NCBI GenBank assembly: GCA_014729195.1
Contig: WJKI01000057.1
Location: forward strand, 1 to 35,360
Direction: 5' to 3'
Length of the DNA stretch: 35,360 nt
DNA from: Candidatus Woesearchaeota archaeon
GTDB lineage: Archaea > Nanobdellota > Nanobdellia > Woesearchaeales > ARS49
A program made the position numbers and the translations under genes. The notes under the pieces were generated by a model. It was not told the origin of the DNA. It was given only the letters and a program-made list of their open reading frames with translations, and ran no database searches. Shown in pieces: positions 10,330 through 18,011 of the stretch. The first letter of the stretch is position 1, and each line of letters starts with the position of its first letter.

Positions 10330-12144
10330 ATGGTAGAATTTCAAAGTGACTATTACCATCCAATGGACCGCGAGTATGAAGTAGGCATAGCTTCAGGAGT
10401 AGGAAAACAAAACAAAATAGAAGAACCAATAGTAACAATAGGAGAACTAGGACAAACAGTGCCGGAAAAAGATCCTGCAGGAAAATTCAAAAACATGGTC
10501 CAGGGAGTACAGGCAGCAATGAGAGCCGGCTCAAAAAACATCCAATTAGTAATGTCAGAATCCCATACAAGTCCGATGGGCGGAAGACCAAAAGCATATG
10601 GCAAAGAAGTAAGACAAGCAATGAAAGATGCTTTCCTGGCAAATGATGCACGATTAATCGGAATAGAAATGCCAACCAGATCTATGAACAACTTATCAGG
10701 ATTTGACCAGCAACAAGGAGTATTCAGTGAAACAGCAAGAAAAAAATCACTAGACGAAGTAAAAGAAGCAATACGATTTGCATCAGACGTAGGACAAGGA
10801 GGAGGAGTAGACATAGTTGCATTTGAATACAACAGACCAATATCTGATATTGCAAATGAAAAACAAGGATTCATGCCAGAAGAAGAGGAAGTAGTACAAA
10901 TAGTTGACAAAGAAACAGGACAAATACAAGCATTCAGAAAATCACAAGTAAGAATACAACTGCCTTATGATCCAAAAACAGGAAAAGAAATAACCGATAT
11001 TCAAGACGGATTGCCGGTATTAAAAGAATGGAGATGGGAAGATTTTGAAAAACTGGCAGAAAGAAAAGGTCCGGACTATGACCCTGGAAAAGAATTCTTA
11101 AAAATGCAATACGACGGTCAAATAAGGATTGCACAAAGCTGGGCAAGAAATTATGCAGGAAGATTAGACAAATTGAAAGAAGCAAAAGATGAACTAGAAC
11201 AAATTCCCCATAGAACTCCTACACAAGAAAGTGAATTACACAATATAAAAATGCAAATACAATCTTCAAGAGATATGGCATTTGGACAACAACAACAAGC
11301 AGCAGAATACGAAGAAAGAAAAAAAAGAATGATTCCTGTATCAGATTATGCTCAAAAGAAATCAATGATGTCATATGCAGAATTAGGAGTTGCAGCAATG
11401 GATGAATCAAACAATAATCCAAAAATAAGACATCCAATACACGTCGGACCTGAAATAGGATGGCCGCATGCATACGGCGGACATCCAGAAGAATTCATAG
11501 AACTAATACGGGGCGCAAGAAAAGAAATGATAAACTTGCTTACAAAACCAGAAATATTAGACCCAAAAACCGGCGGAATAAAACGAAATCCTTTTTATAG
11601 AGGACTAAACCCAAAACAAGCTCAAAAAGAAGCAAATGAACACATAAGAGGAATGTTTGACACAGGACACTTAGGAATGTGGCTGGAACATTTTAAACCT
11701 CATCTGCCTTACAGAGAAAGAGTAAAACAATTCAACAATTGGTTCATGGAACAAGTTGATAAAATCTCCAAAGCAGATGTAGTAGGAGGAATACAGGCGG
11801 TAGATTCAGCAGGGGCAGCACACGGACACCTACCTGCAGGACAAGGAATATTTCCAGTAGTAGAAGCAGTAAAAAAACTAAAAAAAGAAGGATTTAAAGG
11901 ATATATTGTATCAGAAGGACATGAAGAAGAACAATTTGGAGAAGGAAGAATATTATTAAACACCTGGAAAGCATTTAATGCACCAATAGAATCAAGATAT
12001 GGGCCAGGAGTTCACGGCGGAAGACAATTCAATGATGTTCATCAAGGATATTTTGGAAGACAAAGACCTCCTCAACAAATGTTTGGGTCATACACCCCTC
12101 CATTTGGAGAATACAAGCCATGGTCTGAAATACCCTTTGAATAA
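10330..12144 (+). CDS. Xylose isomerase/AP endonuclease 2-like TIM-barrel protein with large helical insertion (604 aa)
   Basis: EVKEAIRFASDV; VGPEIG; FDTGHL; GHLPAGQG; SEGH metal-site motifs. Confidence 0.7.
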   Translation: MVEFQSDYYHPMDREYEVGIASGVGKQNKIEEPIVTIGELGQTVPEKDPAGKFKNMVQGVQAAMRAGSKNIQLVMSESHTSPMGGRPKAYGKEVRQAMKDAFLANDARLIGIEMPTRSMNNLSGFDQQQGVFSETARKKSLDEVKEAIRFASDVGQGGGVDIVAFEYNRPISDIANEKQGFMPEEEEVVQIVDKETGQIQAFRKSQVRIQLPYDPKTGKEITDIQDGLPVLKEWRWEDFEKLAERKGPDYDPGKEFLKMQYDGQIRIAQSWARNYAGRLDKLKEAKDELEQIPHRTPTQESELHNIKMQIQSSRDMAFGQQQQAAEYEERKKRMIPVSDYAQKKSMMSYAELGVAAMDESNNNPKIRHPIHVGPEIGWPHAYGGHPEEFIELIRGARKEMINLLTKPEILDPKTGGIKRNPFYRGLNPKQAQKEANEHIRGMFDTGHLGMWLEHFKPHLPYRERVKQFNNWFMEQVDKISKADVVGGIQAVDSAGAAHGHLPAGQGIFPVVEAVKKLKKEGFKGYIVSEGHEEEQFGEGRILLNTWKAFNAPIESRYGPGVHGGRQFNDVHQGYFGRQRPPQQMFGSYTPPFGEYKPWSEIPFE

Positions 12145-12146
12145 AC

Positions 12147-12272
12147 TCATTTCTTTGAATGTTTCTTAGCCAAATAAGCTTTGTAGGCCCGCATTGCAGC
12201 AGACTTGGTCTTATACATACATTTTCCAGAGCCAATACGCCACTTTCCATTAGAACATTTTCTCACAGGCAT
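12147..12272 (-). CDS. Small basic protein, 41 aa (MPVRKCSNGKWRIGSGKCMYKTKSAAMRAYKAYLAKKHSKK); not in ORF track
   Basis: GAGGTGA SD 4 nt before the ATG, TTTAAATA box upstream, fills the intergenic gap. Confidence 0.75.
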   Translation of the reverse strand: MPVRKCSNGKWRIGSGKCMYKTKSAAMRAYKAYLAKKHSKK

Positions 12273-12365
12273 GGTTTCACCTCTTTTATTGATTAATAAA
12301 TTTGAACTATTTAAAATATTTGTACTTGACGAATCTTTTTAAACGCAAAGCAATTCTTAGGAAAT

Positions 12366-12992
12366 ATGCAATATTTTTCATTTTCAAAAAAAGGAAACAG
12401 ACCAATCAATGCAGATTATCTTATCACTGATGCAAAAAAAGGCATATTCATAATTGCAGACGCAGTTGGAAGCAATGATTCAGCAAAAAAAACAAGCCAA
12501 ACAGCATGTACAATTGCACACGAGGAATGCCTGAAAAAAGAAATCAAAGAACCAATGATAAAAATTATTTCTGCATTGGATGAAGCACATAATTCTGTAG
12601 TAAGAAATCTTCCTGGCAGCGCAACAACACTTGACCTGCTTTTAATTGAGAATAAACAAGCATATATCGGGCACTTAGGAGATTCAAGAGTTTATCTATT
12701 CAGAAACCATGAATTACGGCAGTTAACAGAAGATCATTCAATCAGACACAAGATATACCAGGCAATAGGCCTGCCAGATTCAGTTCCTGACCAAATAAAT
12801 CCGCCAAAACTTAAAAGAGGCGACTTGATAGCAATGACCACTGATGGAGTTCATAACTCTGTATCAAGAGAAGACTTGACATACCTGTTTAATACAGGGA
12901 TAGCACTTCCAGATCTTGCAGAGGTTCTTATATGGGAAATAGAACGAAAAGGAGAATATGATAATTATACAGGGATATTGATAAGAATTTAA
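12366..12992 (+). CDS. PP2C/PPM-family Ser/Thr protein phosphatase
   Basis: R..NAD, IIADAVG, TTL, HLGDSRVY, LTEDHS, TTDGV, DNYT motifs. Confidence 0.9.
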   Translation: MQYFSFSKKGNRPINADYLITDAKKGIFIIADAVGSNDSAKKTSQTACTIAHEECLKKEIKEPMIKIISALDEAHNSVVRNLPGSATTLDLLLIENKQAYIGHLGDSRVYLFRNHELRQLTEDHSIRHKIYQAIGLPDSVPDQINPPKLKRGDLIAMTTDGVHNSVSREDLTYLFNTGIALPDLAEVLIWEIERKGEYDNYTGILIRI

Positions 12993-13074
12993 GTTGAATA
13001 AGTCGTTTCTGTGGGCGATAGAAATCGCGGGTGTGGGGGGATTGCTATGCCCACTTCACGACATTATTGTAACT
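12992..13074 (-). ncRNA. Candidate structured ncRNA (long imperfect hairpin, unknown family)
   Basis: Nested helices AGUU/AACU, AAUAA/UUAUU, GUCGU/ACGAC, GUGGGC/GCCCAC, AUAG/CUAU, AAUC/GAUU; GC-rich island; TTTATAAA box at ~13097-13104. Confidence 0.5.
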
Positions 13075-13138
13075 AGAGAGTGATAATATATCGGCCTTTA
13101 TAAAGCTTATGGTTATTTGGTACTGAACAGTGGTTAAT

Positions 13139-13693
13139 CTATTTTGTTGAGAATACCATAAAAGAACTAGCATCATACATGAACTTCCAAAGCCCTGGAT
13201 TCATGGCCTTGAAAAACAAATTACTTTCTTTTTCTTCAAAAGTCTCATATTCACCCACAAAAAGACCCTCATTTTTCATCTTGGCATGAAAATTAGTCTT
13301 GATTGCAGTATTAAATGCTTTTGTTTCCCGAGCCTGAATAGTATTATTTTCCTGTTTATCTGATTGATACGGTTTTTCATAATACGTATTTAAAGTAGTA
13401 GGAGAATCCTCTCTCTGCCAGTACTGCAAAATATTGGAATAAGACGTCTCAATCTGCTCAGGCATCTGCTGATAAACATCCAAATCCACAGTAACAGGTT
13501 CAGAAATATCCGTGTCATCGATAACAGAATCAATAGCGTCTTCAATCTCTTTGTTAATCAATTCTGTCTCATCAGGCTCTGTCAAAGAAGCAATAGACTT
13601 AATTTCTTCTGTTTCATTCGGCTCTACAACAGAATTTAAAACAGTATCAATAACATTCAATTCTTCTATTGGTGTTTCATCTTCCCCTGACAT
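13139..13693 (-). CDS. Hypothetical acidic protein (184 aa)
   Basis: ORF with Asp/Glu-rich, probably disordered N-terminus and aromatic C-terminal segment. Confidence 0.7.
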   Translation of the reverse strand: MSGEDETPIEELNVIDTVLNSVVEPNETEEIKSIASLTEPDETELINKEIEDAIDSVIDDTDISEPVTVDLDVYQQMPEQIETSYSNILQYWQREDSPTTLNTYYEKPYQSDKQENNTIQARETKAFNTAIKTNFHAKMKNEGLFVGEYETFEEKESNLFFKAMNPGLWKFMYDASSFMVFSTK

Positions 13694-13816
13694 CGTAATG
13701 CATAAAGGTTTTTTATTTTCTTTTTAAGCTTTACTAATCATAAGCATCTTACTCACGAAGTGACCATTCTTCAATAGTGATAAAGTTATTTAAAAACTCC
13801 TGATAGTAACAGAATA

Positions 13817-14629
13817 ATGGAGTTTGAAACTAGAGAAAGGACTCATCCAAACATAAGAAGCTACAGTGCTGACGATTTTAAGCTGGCAAGAGAATTCTCA
13901 GACAAGATACAAAAAGAACTTGAAGGAGGCTTCCTGAAAGCGACAATACTATTCGGAAGCACTGCAAGAAAAGAAAAAACATATCACGAGCCAGACATAG
14001 ACATTTTATTAGTCATTAATGACCTAACCATGATCCTAAGCCCAGAAGTAGTAGAGGCGTATAGGGTAATAACACGAAACGTTGCTTCAAAAATATCTAA
14101 ACGACTTCACATAACAACATTTAAAATAACCTCATTTTGGGACTATCTGCGAAACGGAGACCCAGTAGCAGTGAATATACTCAGGGATGGTGTGCCATTA
14201 TACGACGCCGGCTTTTTTGAACCTGCGCAGGCTCTACTATTTCAAGGCAGGATAAGACCAACAAAAGAAAGTGTATGGACCTATTTTACTCGCGCTCCAA
14301 ACACAATCAAAAGTGCTGAATGGCATTTATTACAGGCTTCTTTGGACTTATATTGGGCAGTAATAGATTCAGCACATGCTGCTTTGATGCATTACAAAGA
14401 AGTACCGCCATCACCATCGCATGTTGCAGACATGATAATGTCCAAATTAGTAACAAGAAAACTCTGCACAAAAAGAGAAGCAGAAACAATGAAATTCTTC
14501 TATGATCTAAGCAAGAAAATAACACACAGACAAATAGCAGAAATCACAGGAAAACAATACGACGAACATTTGAAAAGAGCAAAACAATTTGTTGATGCCA
14601 TGGAACGAATAATTGAAGGAAGAAGGTAA
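13817..14629 (+). CDS. Minimal nucleotidyltransferase (Pol beta-type) fused to HEPN domain
   Basis: ILFGSTAR...DIDILLVIND; C-terminal LYWAVIDSAHAALM..PPSPSH...ITHR. Confidence 0.85.
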   Translation: MEFETRERTHPNIRSYSADDFKLAREFSDKIQKELEGGFLKATILFGSTARKEKTYHEPDIDILLVINDLTMILSPEVVEAYRVITRNVASKISKRLHITTFKITSFWDYLRNGDPVAVNILRDGVPLYDAGFFEPAQALLFQGRIRPTKESVWTYFTRAPNTIKSAEWHLLQASLDLYWAVIDSAHAALMHYKEVPPSPSHVADMIMSKLVTRKLCTKREAETMKFFYDLSKKITHRQIAEITGKQYDEHLKRAKQFVDAMERIIEGRR

Positions 14630-14662
14630 AGCTTTATATTCTGAATTCTAATCAATTCAATC

Positions 14663-15220
14663 ATGACTTTTGAACTGGACAAACAAAATATACTAGGGAA
14701 AATAGATAAATCTCAGATTGGGACAATCGATTCTGGAATTGCCGAGATTTGCGATTTAATAAATTATAAAGAAAACTATTACACAACATCATCATGTTCC
14801 GGAAGAATAGTTCTGCTTGAATCTGAATCTGACAAGAAAAACGAAGTAAACTGGTTATTTGTTTCGCATGATTTAGTTGATTTTAATGAAGCGAGTTCTA
14901 AGCTTTCATCTGAAAAAGATATCTGGCTAAGACAGGAAGGAGCAATACTCCATGTTTGCTGTAAAACAATAAAAGATGCAGAAAAATTAATCAATTTAGT
15001 CAAATCAATCGGATTTAAACGAACAGGAATGATATCAGTTAATAGCAGGTTTATAGTAGAGATAATAAGTTCTGAGCATTTATGCGCTCCTGTGATGAAA
15101 AAAGGAATTAAGGTTGTTTCTGATGAGTATTTTAAACTATTAATTTCTGAGGCCAAGTATAAGATGGAAAAGAATAAGAAGAAGCTAAACAAACTTACCA
15201 AAGAGCTACGAAACCTTTAA
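14663..15220 (+). CDS. taw3: tRNA wyosine-pathway methyltransferase Taw3/TYW3
   Basis: DKS..G.ID, YYTTSSCSGRI, WLFVSH, ILHVCC, GFKRTG motifs. Confidence 0.92.
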   Translation: MTFELDKQNILGKIDKSQIGTIDSGIAEICDLINYKENYYTTSSCSGRIVLLESESDKKNEVNWLFVSHDLVDFNEASSKLSSEKDIWLRQEGAILHVCCKTIKDAEKLINLVKSIGFKRTGMISVNSRFIVEIISSEHLCAPVMKKGIKVVSDEYFKLLISEAKYKMEKNKKKLNKLTKELRNL

Positions 15221-15244
15221 AAACTAAAGAATATTAGTAATATT

Positions 15245-15370
15245 ATGGAAGTGAAGATGACTAAAGAGGCCAAGGACCCTTGTTTTGGAAAAAAATACAA
15301 GACCTGCCCTCAATGCGAAAACTGCTGGGTAGAAACAGCATGCCTGATTTGTTTCAGAAATAAAAAATAA
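15245..15370 (+). CDS. Small Cys-rich protein, 41 aa (MEVKMTKEAKDPCFGKKYKTCPQCENCWVETACLICFRNKK); not in ORF track
   Basis: TTTAAA about 25 nt upstream; 6 Cys in 24 residues; alternative start at 15257. Confidence 0.65.
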   Translation: MEVKMTKEAKDPCFGKKYKTCPQCENCWVETACLICFRNKK

Positions 15371-16498
15371 TCATTCTGCACGTAGGACAATCAAATCCTC
15401 ATAACTTCCCAAGTCAGTATTCTCCGGAATCTCAACCTTTAAGGACAACTCCTGCTGTTTGCCTGCTCCTAATTCAAAACTATCCTCAAAAGTCAGAAAA
15501 TCATCCTCTAGTTTGTATTGAAAATTGAACATGCTTTCTGTCTCAAGGTTAAAAAGAAGATTAACATTTCCTTTGTTAAGGATTTTGATCTTATTCGAGG
15601 AAATACTGGAAGTTCCTGGAATAACATTAAACTTAATCTTGTCTGCAATTACCTTGTAAGAAACAATTTCCTTTATTTCAAACTGTAATTCAGTATTGTC
15701 TGAGAAATAAATAGAGTAATTGCCCGGTGCCTGATAATAAGGAATGAAAAATCTTGTTTCATAAGTTGAATTATCAATTTTTGTCAATGTTTTTGTAATA
15801 TCCAAGAAGGTAGCAGACATTGATTTCCCTGCACGGACATGAATCGTCGTGTTTGAACCGGCATTTGGGATAATGCTGCCGCCCTCTAAAAGATAAGCAT
15901 TGCTTTGAACAGAATTTGTAATGTTAATCTCGGTTTGAACTATATTATTTCCATAAAAATCCGGCTCTGTGATGATAAAATCATTGGAATTGTCTCCTGT
16001 GTTATTTATCCTTAACAGAGCAAATCCCTGTGAAGCATCATTAGTCGGAGTGCCTGAAAATAGATTATTATTTATTCCCTCAACAGCTCCCCAACCAACT
16101 GCATCTATCAATTGATTTGAGGAATTGAAAAGAGCAACACCTGAATCAACATTATTCAAAGTAATGGGTGTCATGAAATCAGCATTTCTCCAATTTGAAT
16201 CATCCTTTCTCTCATCCCAGCGGTTATCAGCTAATAAATAATAATCATTAGATTTGATAGTGGTATTGGCTGGAATTATTGCATCCTGCATTGAAGACTC
16301 TGTAGCAATAATCCAGCCGCCAATATCCACATCAAAGGGGTGCGGGTTAAAGAACTCTACAGCTTCACCACCAGATTCGCTGTTAACAGGATCATAATAG
16401 ATTTGATGAATTTCCACTGCTGAAACAAGTTTTGGAAAGATTAAAAGACAAATGATTAATAATATTTTTTTGTTGTTCATAATTGAAATTTTATTCAT
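15371..16498 (-). CDS. Secreted lamin-tail-domain (LTD) protein with C-terminal Ig-like domain
   Basis: Signal peptide; IHQIYYDP...EAVEFFNP...VDIGGWII; LNN.DSGVALFN...IDAVGWG; GAGGTGA SD 7 nt before ATG 16498. Confidence 0.85.
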   Translation of the reverse strand: MNKISIMNNKKILLIICLLIFPKLVSAVEIHQIYYDPVNSESGGEAVEFFNPHPFDVDIGGWIIATESSMQDAIIPANTTIKSNDYYLLADNRWDERKDDSNWRNADFMTPITLNNVDSGVALFNSSNQLIDAVGWGAVEGINNNLFSGTPTNDASQGFALLRINNTGDNSNDFIITEPDFYGNNIVQTEINITNSVQSNAYLLEGGSIIPNAGSNTTIHVRAGKSMSATFLDITKTLTKIDNSTYETRFFIPYYQAPGNYSIYFSDNTELQFEIKEIVSYKVIADKIKFNVIPGTSSISSNKIKILNKGNVNLLFNLETESMFNFQYKLEDDFLTFEDSFELGAGKQQELSLKVEIPENTDLGSYEDLIVLRAE

Positions 16499-16533
16499 TT
16501 TCAAATCACCTCAAGAATTAGAAAAAATTAATC

Positions 16534-16618
16534 TTTAAAATATATTACTGAGAGAAAACCGGAAAAATCGAGGAGAGAATCGGAAGATGTAATGGATTAT
16601 CCAGAAGGAATATTTGAA
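16534..16618. repeat. 85-bp direct repeat, copy 1
   Basis: TTTAAAATATATTACTGAGAG...CCAGAAGGAATATTTGAA, 84/85 identical to 17861-17945. Confidence 0.95.
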
Positions 16619-16698
16619 TCAAGAAATAAAACACGGAAAATTTTTGGAGAAATCGGAAAAAATAATCGAGTTTAATCTTCTAATTAGTATAATTTTTA

Positions 16699-17241
16699 TT
16701 ATTCTTTTAGTTTGAACATAAGTGTAGTTGAAATTATGAAAATTACTGCCACTATATAAAATACTATTTCAAAACCAAACTGTCCTACTAGAAAACCACC
16801 TGCAAAAATAGCAATTGCTTCTGAAATTCCTACTACTGCATCGTATTTTCCAATGTCTGCGCCGCGTTTTTCTTTTTCAGTCATATCTCCTAAAAACGCT
16901 GCTTCAGATGTTTCAAAAAGAGCTATAATTAGACCACTAAAAATCTGTAATAGATATAATTGCCAAAGAGAACCTATTATAGTATAAAGAAAAACAACTA
17001 AAGCAGAAGCATATCCTCCAAAAATAAGGAAAGGCTTTCTGCCAAACTTATCAGAATATTTGCCGACAAGTAAAGAAGTTAATGCTCCAGATAAGACAAC
17101 TAAGCCGACTGCAATACCGAAATTTTCTATACTGCCCCCGATTTTATTGATGAAAATTAAGTAAAACGGTCCAAACAATCCAAAAGCAAGAGCTATTAAA
17201 GCATTAGAAAAAGTAAATATTTTAAGATTTCTTTTTTTCAT
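16699..17241 (-). CDS. Half-size (6-TM) MFS transporter
   Basis: MFS motif A GKYSDKFGRK; six hydrophobic segments; 180 aa; own BRE/TATA (GAAAACTATTTAAGTA). Confidence 0.85.
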   Translation of the reverse strand: MKKRNLKIFTFSNALIALAFGLFGPFYLIFINKIGGSIENFGIAVGLVVLSGALTSLLVGKYSDKFGRKPFLIFGGYASALVVFLYTIIGSLWQLYLLQIFSGLIIALFETSEAAFLGDMTEKEKRGADIGKYDAVVGISEAIAIFAGGFLVGQFGFEIVFYIVAVIFIISTTLMFKLKE

Positions 17242-17316
17242 TGATTTAATATAAAATGTTAATACTTAAATAGTTTTCTAATATTAATGATTCTGCACAC
17301 TTTAAAAACCAATTTT

Positions 17317-17568
17317 TTATTCCTTATAAATCTCTTTTCTGTGGGCGATTTTTATGACCAGAATTAGTAGTTTATTATCTTTTATGTTCATTATAACTCT
17401 GTAATTTCCTATTCTTAACCTAAAATAAGGACTATTAACTAATCTTTTGACATGAGCATGAGGACGGATTCTGCATCTTTCAAGAACTGTGATTATTCTT
17501 TCTTTGTGTTGTTTATCTAATTTTTTAAGGAATTTCTTTGCATTTTGAGAAAGAGTTACTTGATACAT
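17317..17568 (-). CDS. relE: RelE/ParE family type II toxin
   Basis: MYQVTLSQNAKKFLKKLD...YFRLRIGNYRVI...IAHRKEIY. Confidence 0.92.
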   Translation of the reverse strand: MYQVTLSQNAKKFLKKLDKQHKERIITVLERCRIRPHAHVKRLVNSPYFRLRIGNYRVIMNIKDNKLLILVIKIAHRKEIYKE

Positions 17569-17787
17569 CTAAAGCCTCAATTCTTTTTTAATCTCTTCAA
17601 GAGTGTGGAATTTTCCCTCTTTGAACTCTTTTTCTGCTTGTTTAATATCTTTTATAGTTTCCTCGCTTAATTCCATTGTATCCTCAATTAAATCCCAAAT
17701 AACATCTTCATAGCTTTCTTTAGAATACATTTTTCTCTTTTTAAGTTCTTGAAGTAAATCATTACTTATCTGAATTGTTGTTGCCAT
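17569..17787 (-). CDS. Cognate antitoxin (RHH-like N-terminus, 72 aa)
   Basis: MATTIQIS..LLQELK...ESYEDVIWDLIE; acidic C-terminus ..GKFHTLEEIKKEL; abuts relE; start trimmed from 17838. Confidence 0.85.
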   Translation of the reverse strand: MATTIQISNDLLQELKKRKMYSKESYEDVIWDLIEDTMELSEETIKDIKQAEKEFKEGKFHTLEEIKKELRL

Positions 17788-17860
17788 AGAGACTATATAA
17801 GTTGATATAGTATTTAAAGGTTTTGATTCAATATCCATGTTTTTAGAAAAATCAGGATTG

Positions 17861-17945
17861 TTTAAAATATATTACTGAGAGAAAACCGGAAAAATCGAGG
17901 AGAGAATCGGAAGATGTAATGGATTATCCAGAAGGAACATTTGAA
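17861..17945. repeat. 85-bp direct repeat, copy 2
   Basis: Single T/C difference from copy 1. Confidence 0.95.
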
Positions 17946-18011
17946 ATAGGTCAAAAAAATCGTAAGAAACACAGGTTAATCGGAAAAAAGTAAAAGAAAA
18001 AAATAAAGAAA

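Noticed and set aside
12995-13062. Hairpin as 5S rRNA (CAUAGC-N9-ACACCCG), RNase P CR-V (ACAGAA..CUUAU), SRP RNA or a tRNA 5' half (GCGGGTGTGG)
   Set aside because: Only short motif echoes: no CCGAAC loop, no GAGGAAAGUC, no SRP helix-8 motif, and no anticodon stem or T-arm
13002-13062. Archaeal SECIS element (GAA/A internal loop)
   Set aside because: No neighbouring gene has a plausible in-frame UGA; read-through of ATG-TCG-TGA gives antisense-of-PP2C sequence; no Sec machinery in the window
13080-13126. Box C/D sRNA (GUGAUAA...CUGA)
   Set aside because: Imperfect box C, no C'/D' or terminal stem, and the region is better explained as a promoter
16534-17945. CRISPR array or IS element
   Set aside because: Only two long repeats, no spacers, no cas or transposase genes, no terminal inverted repeats
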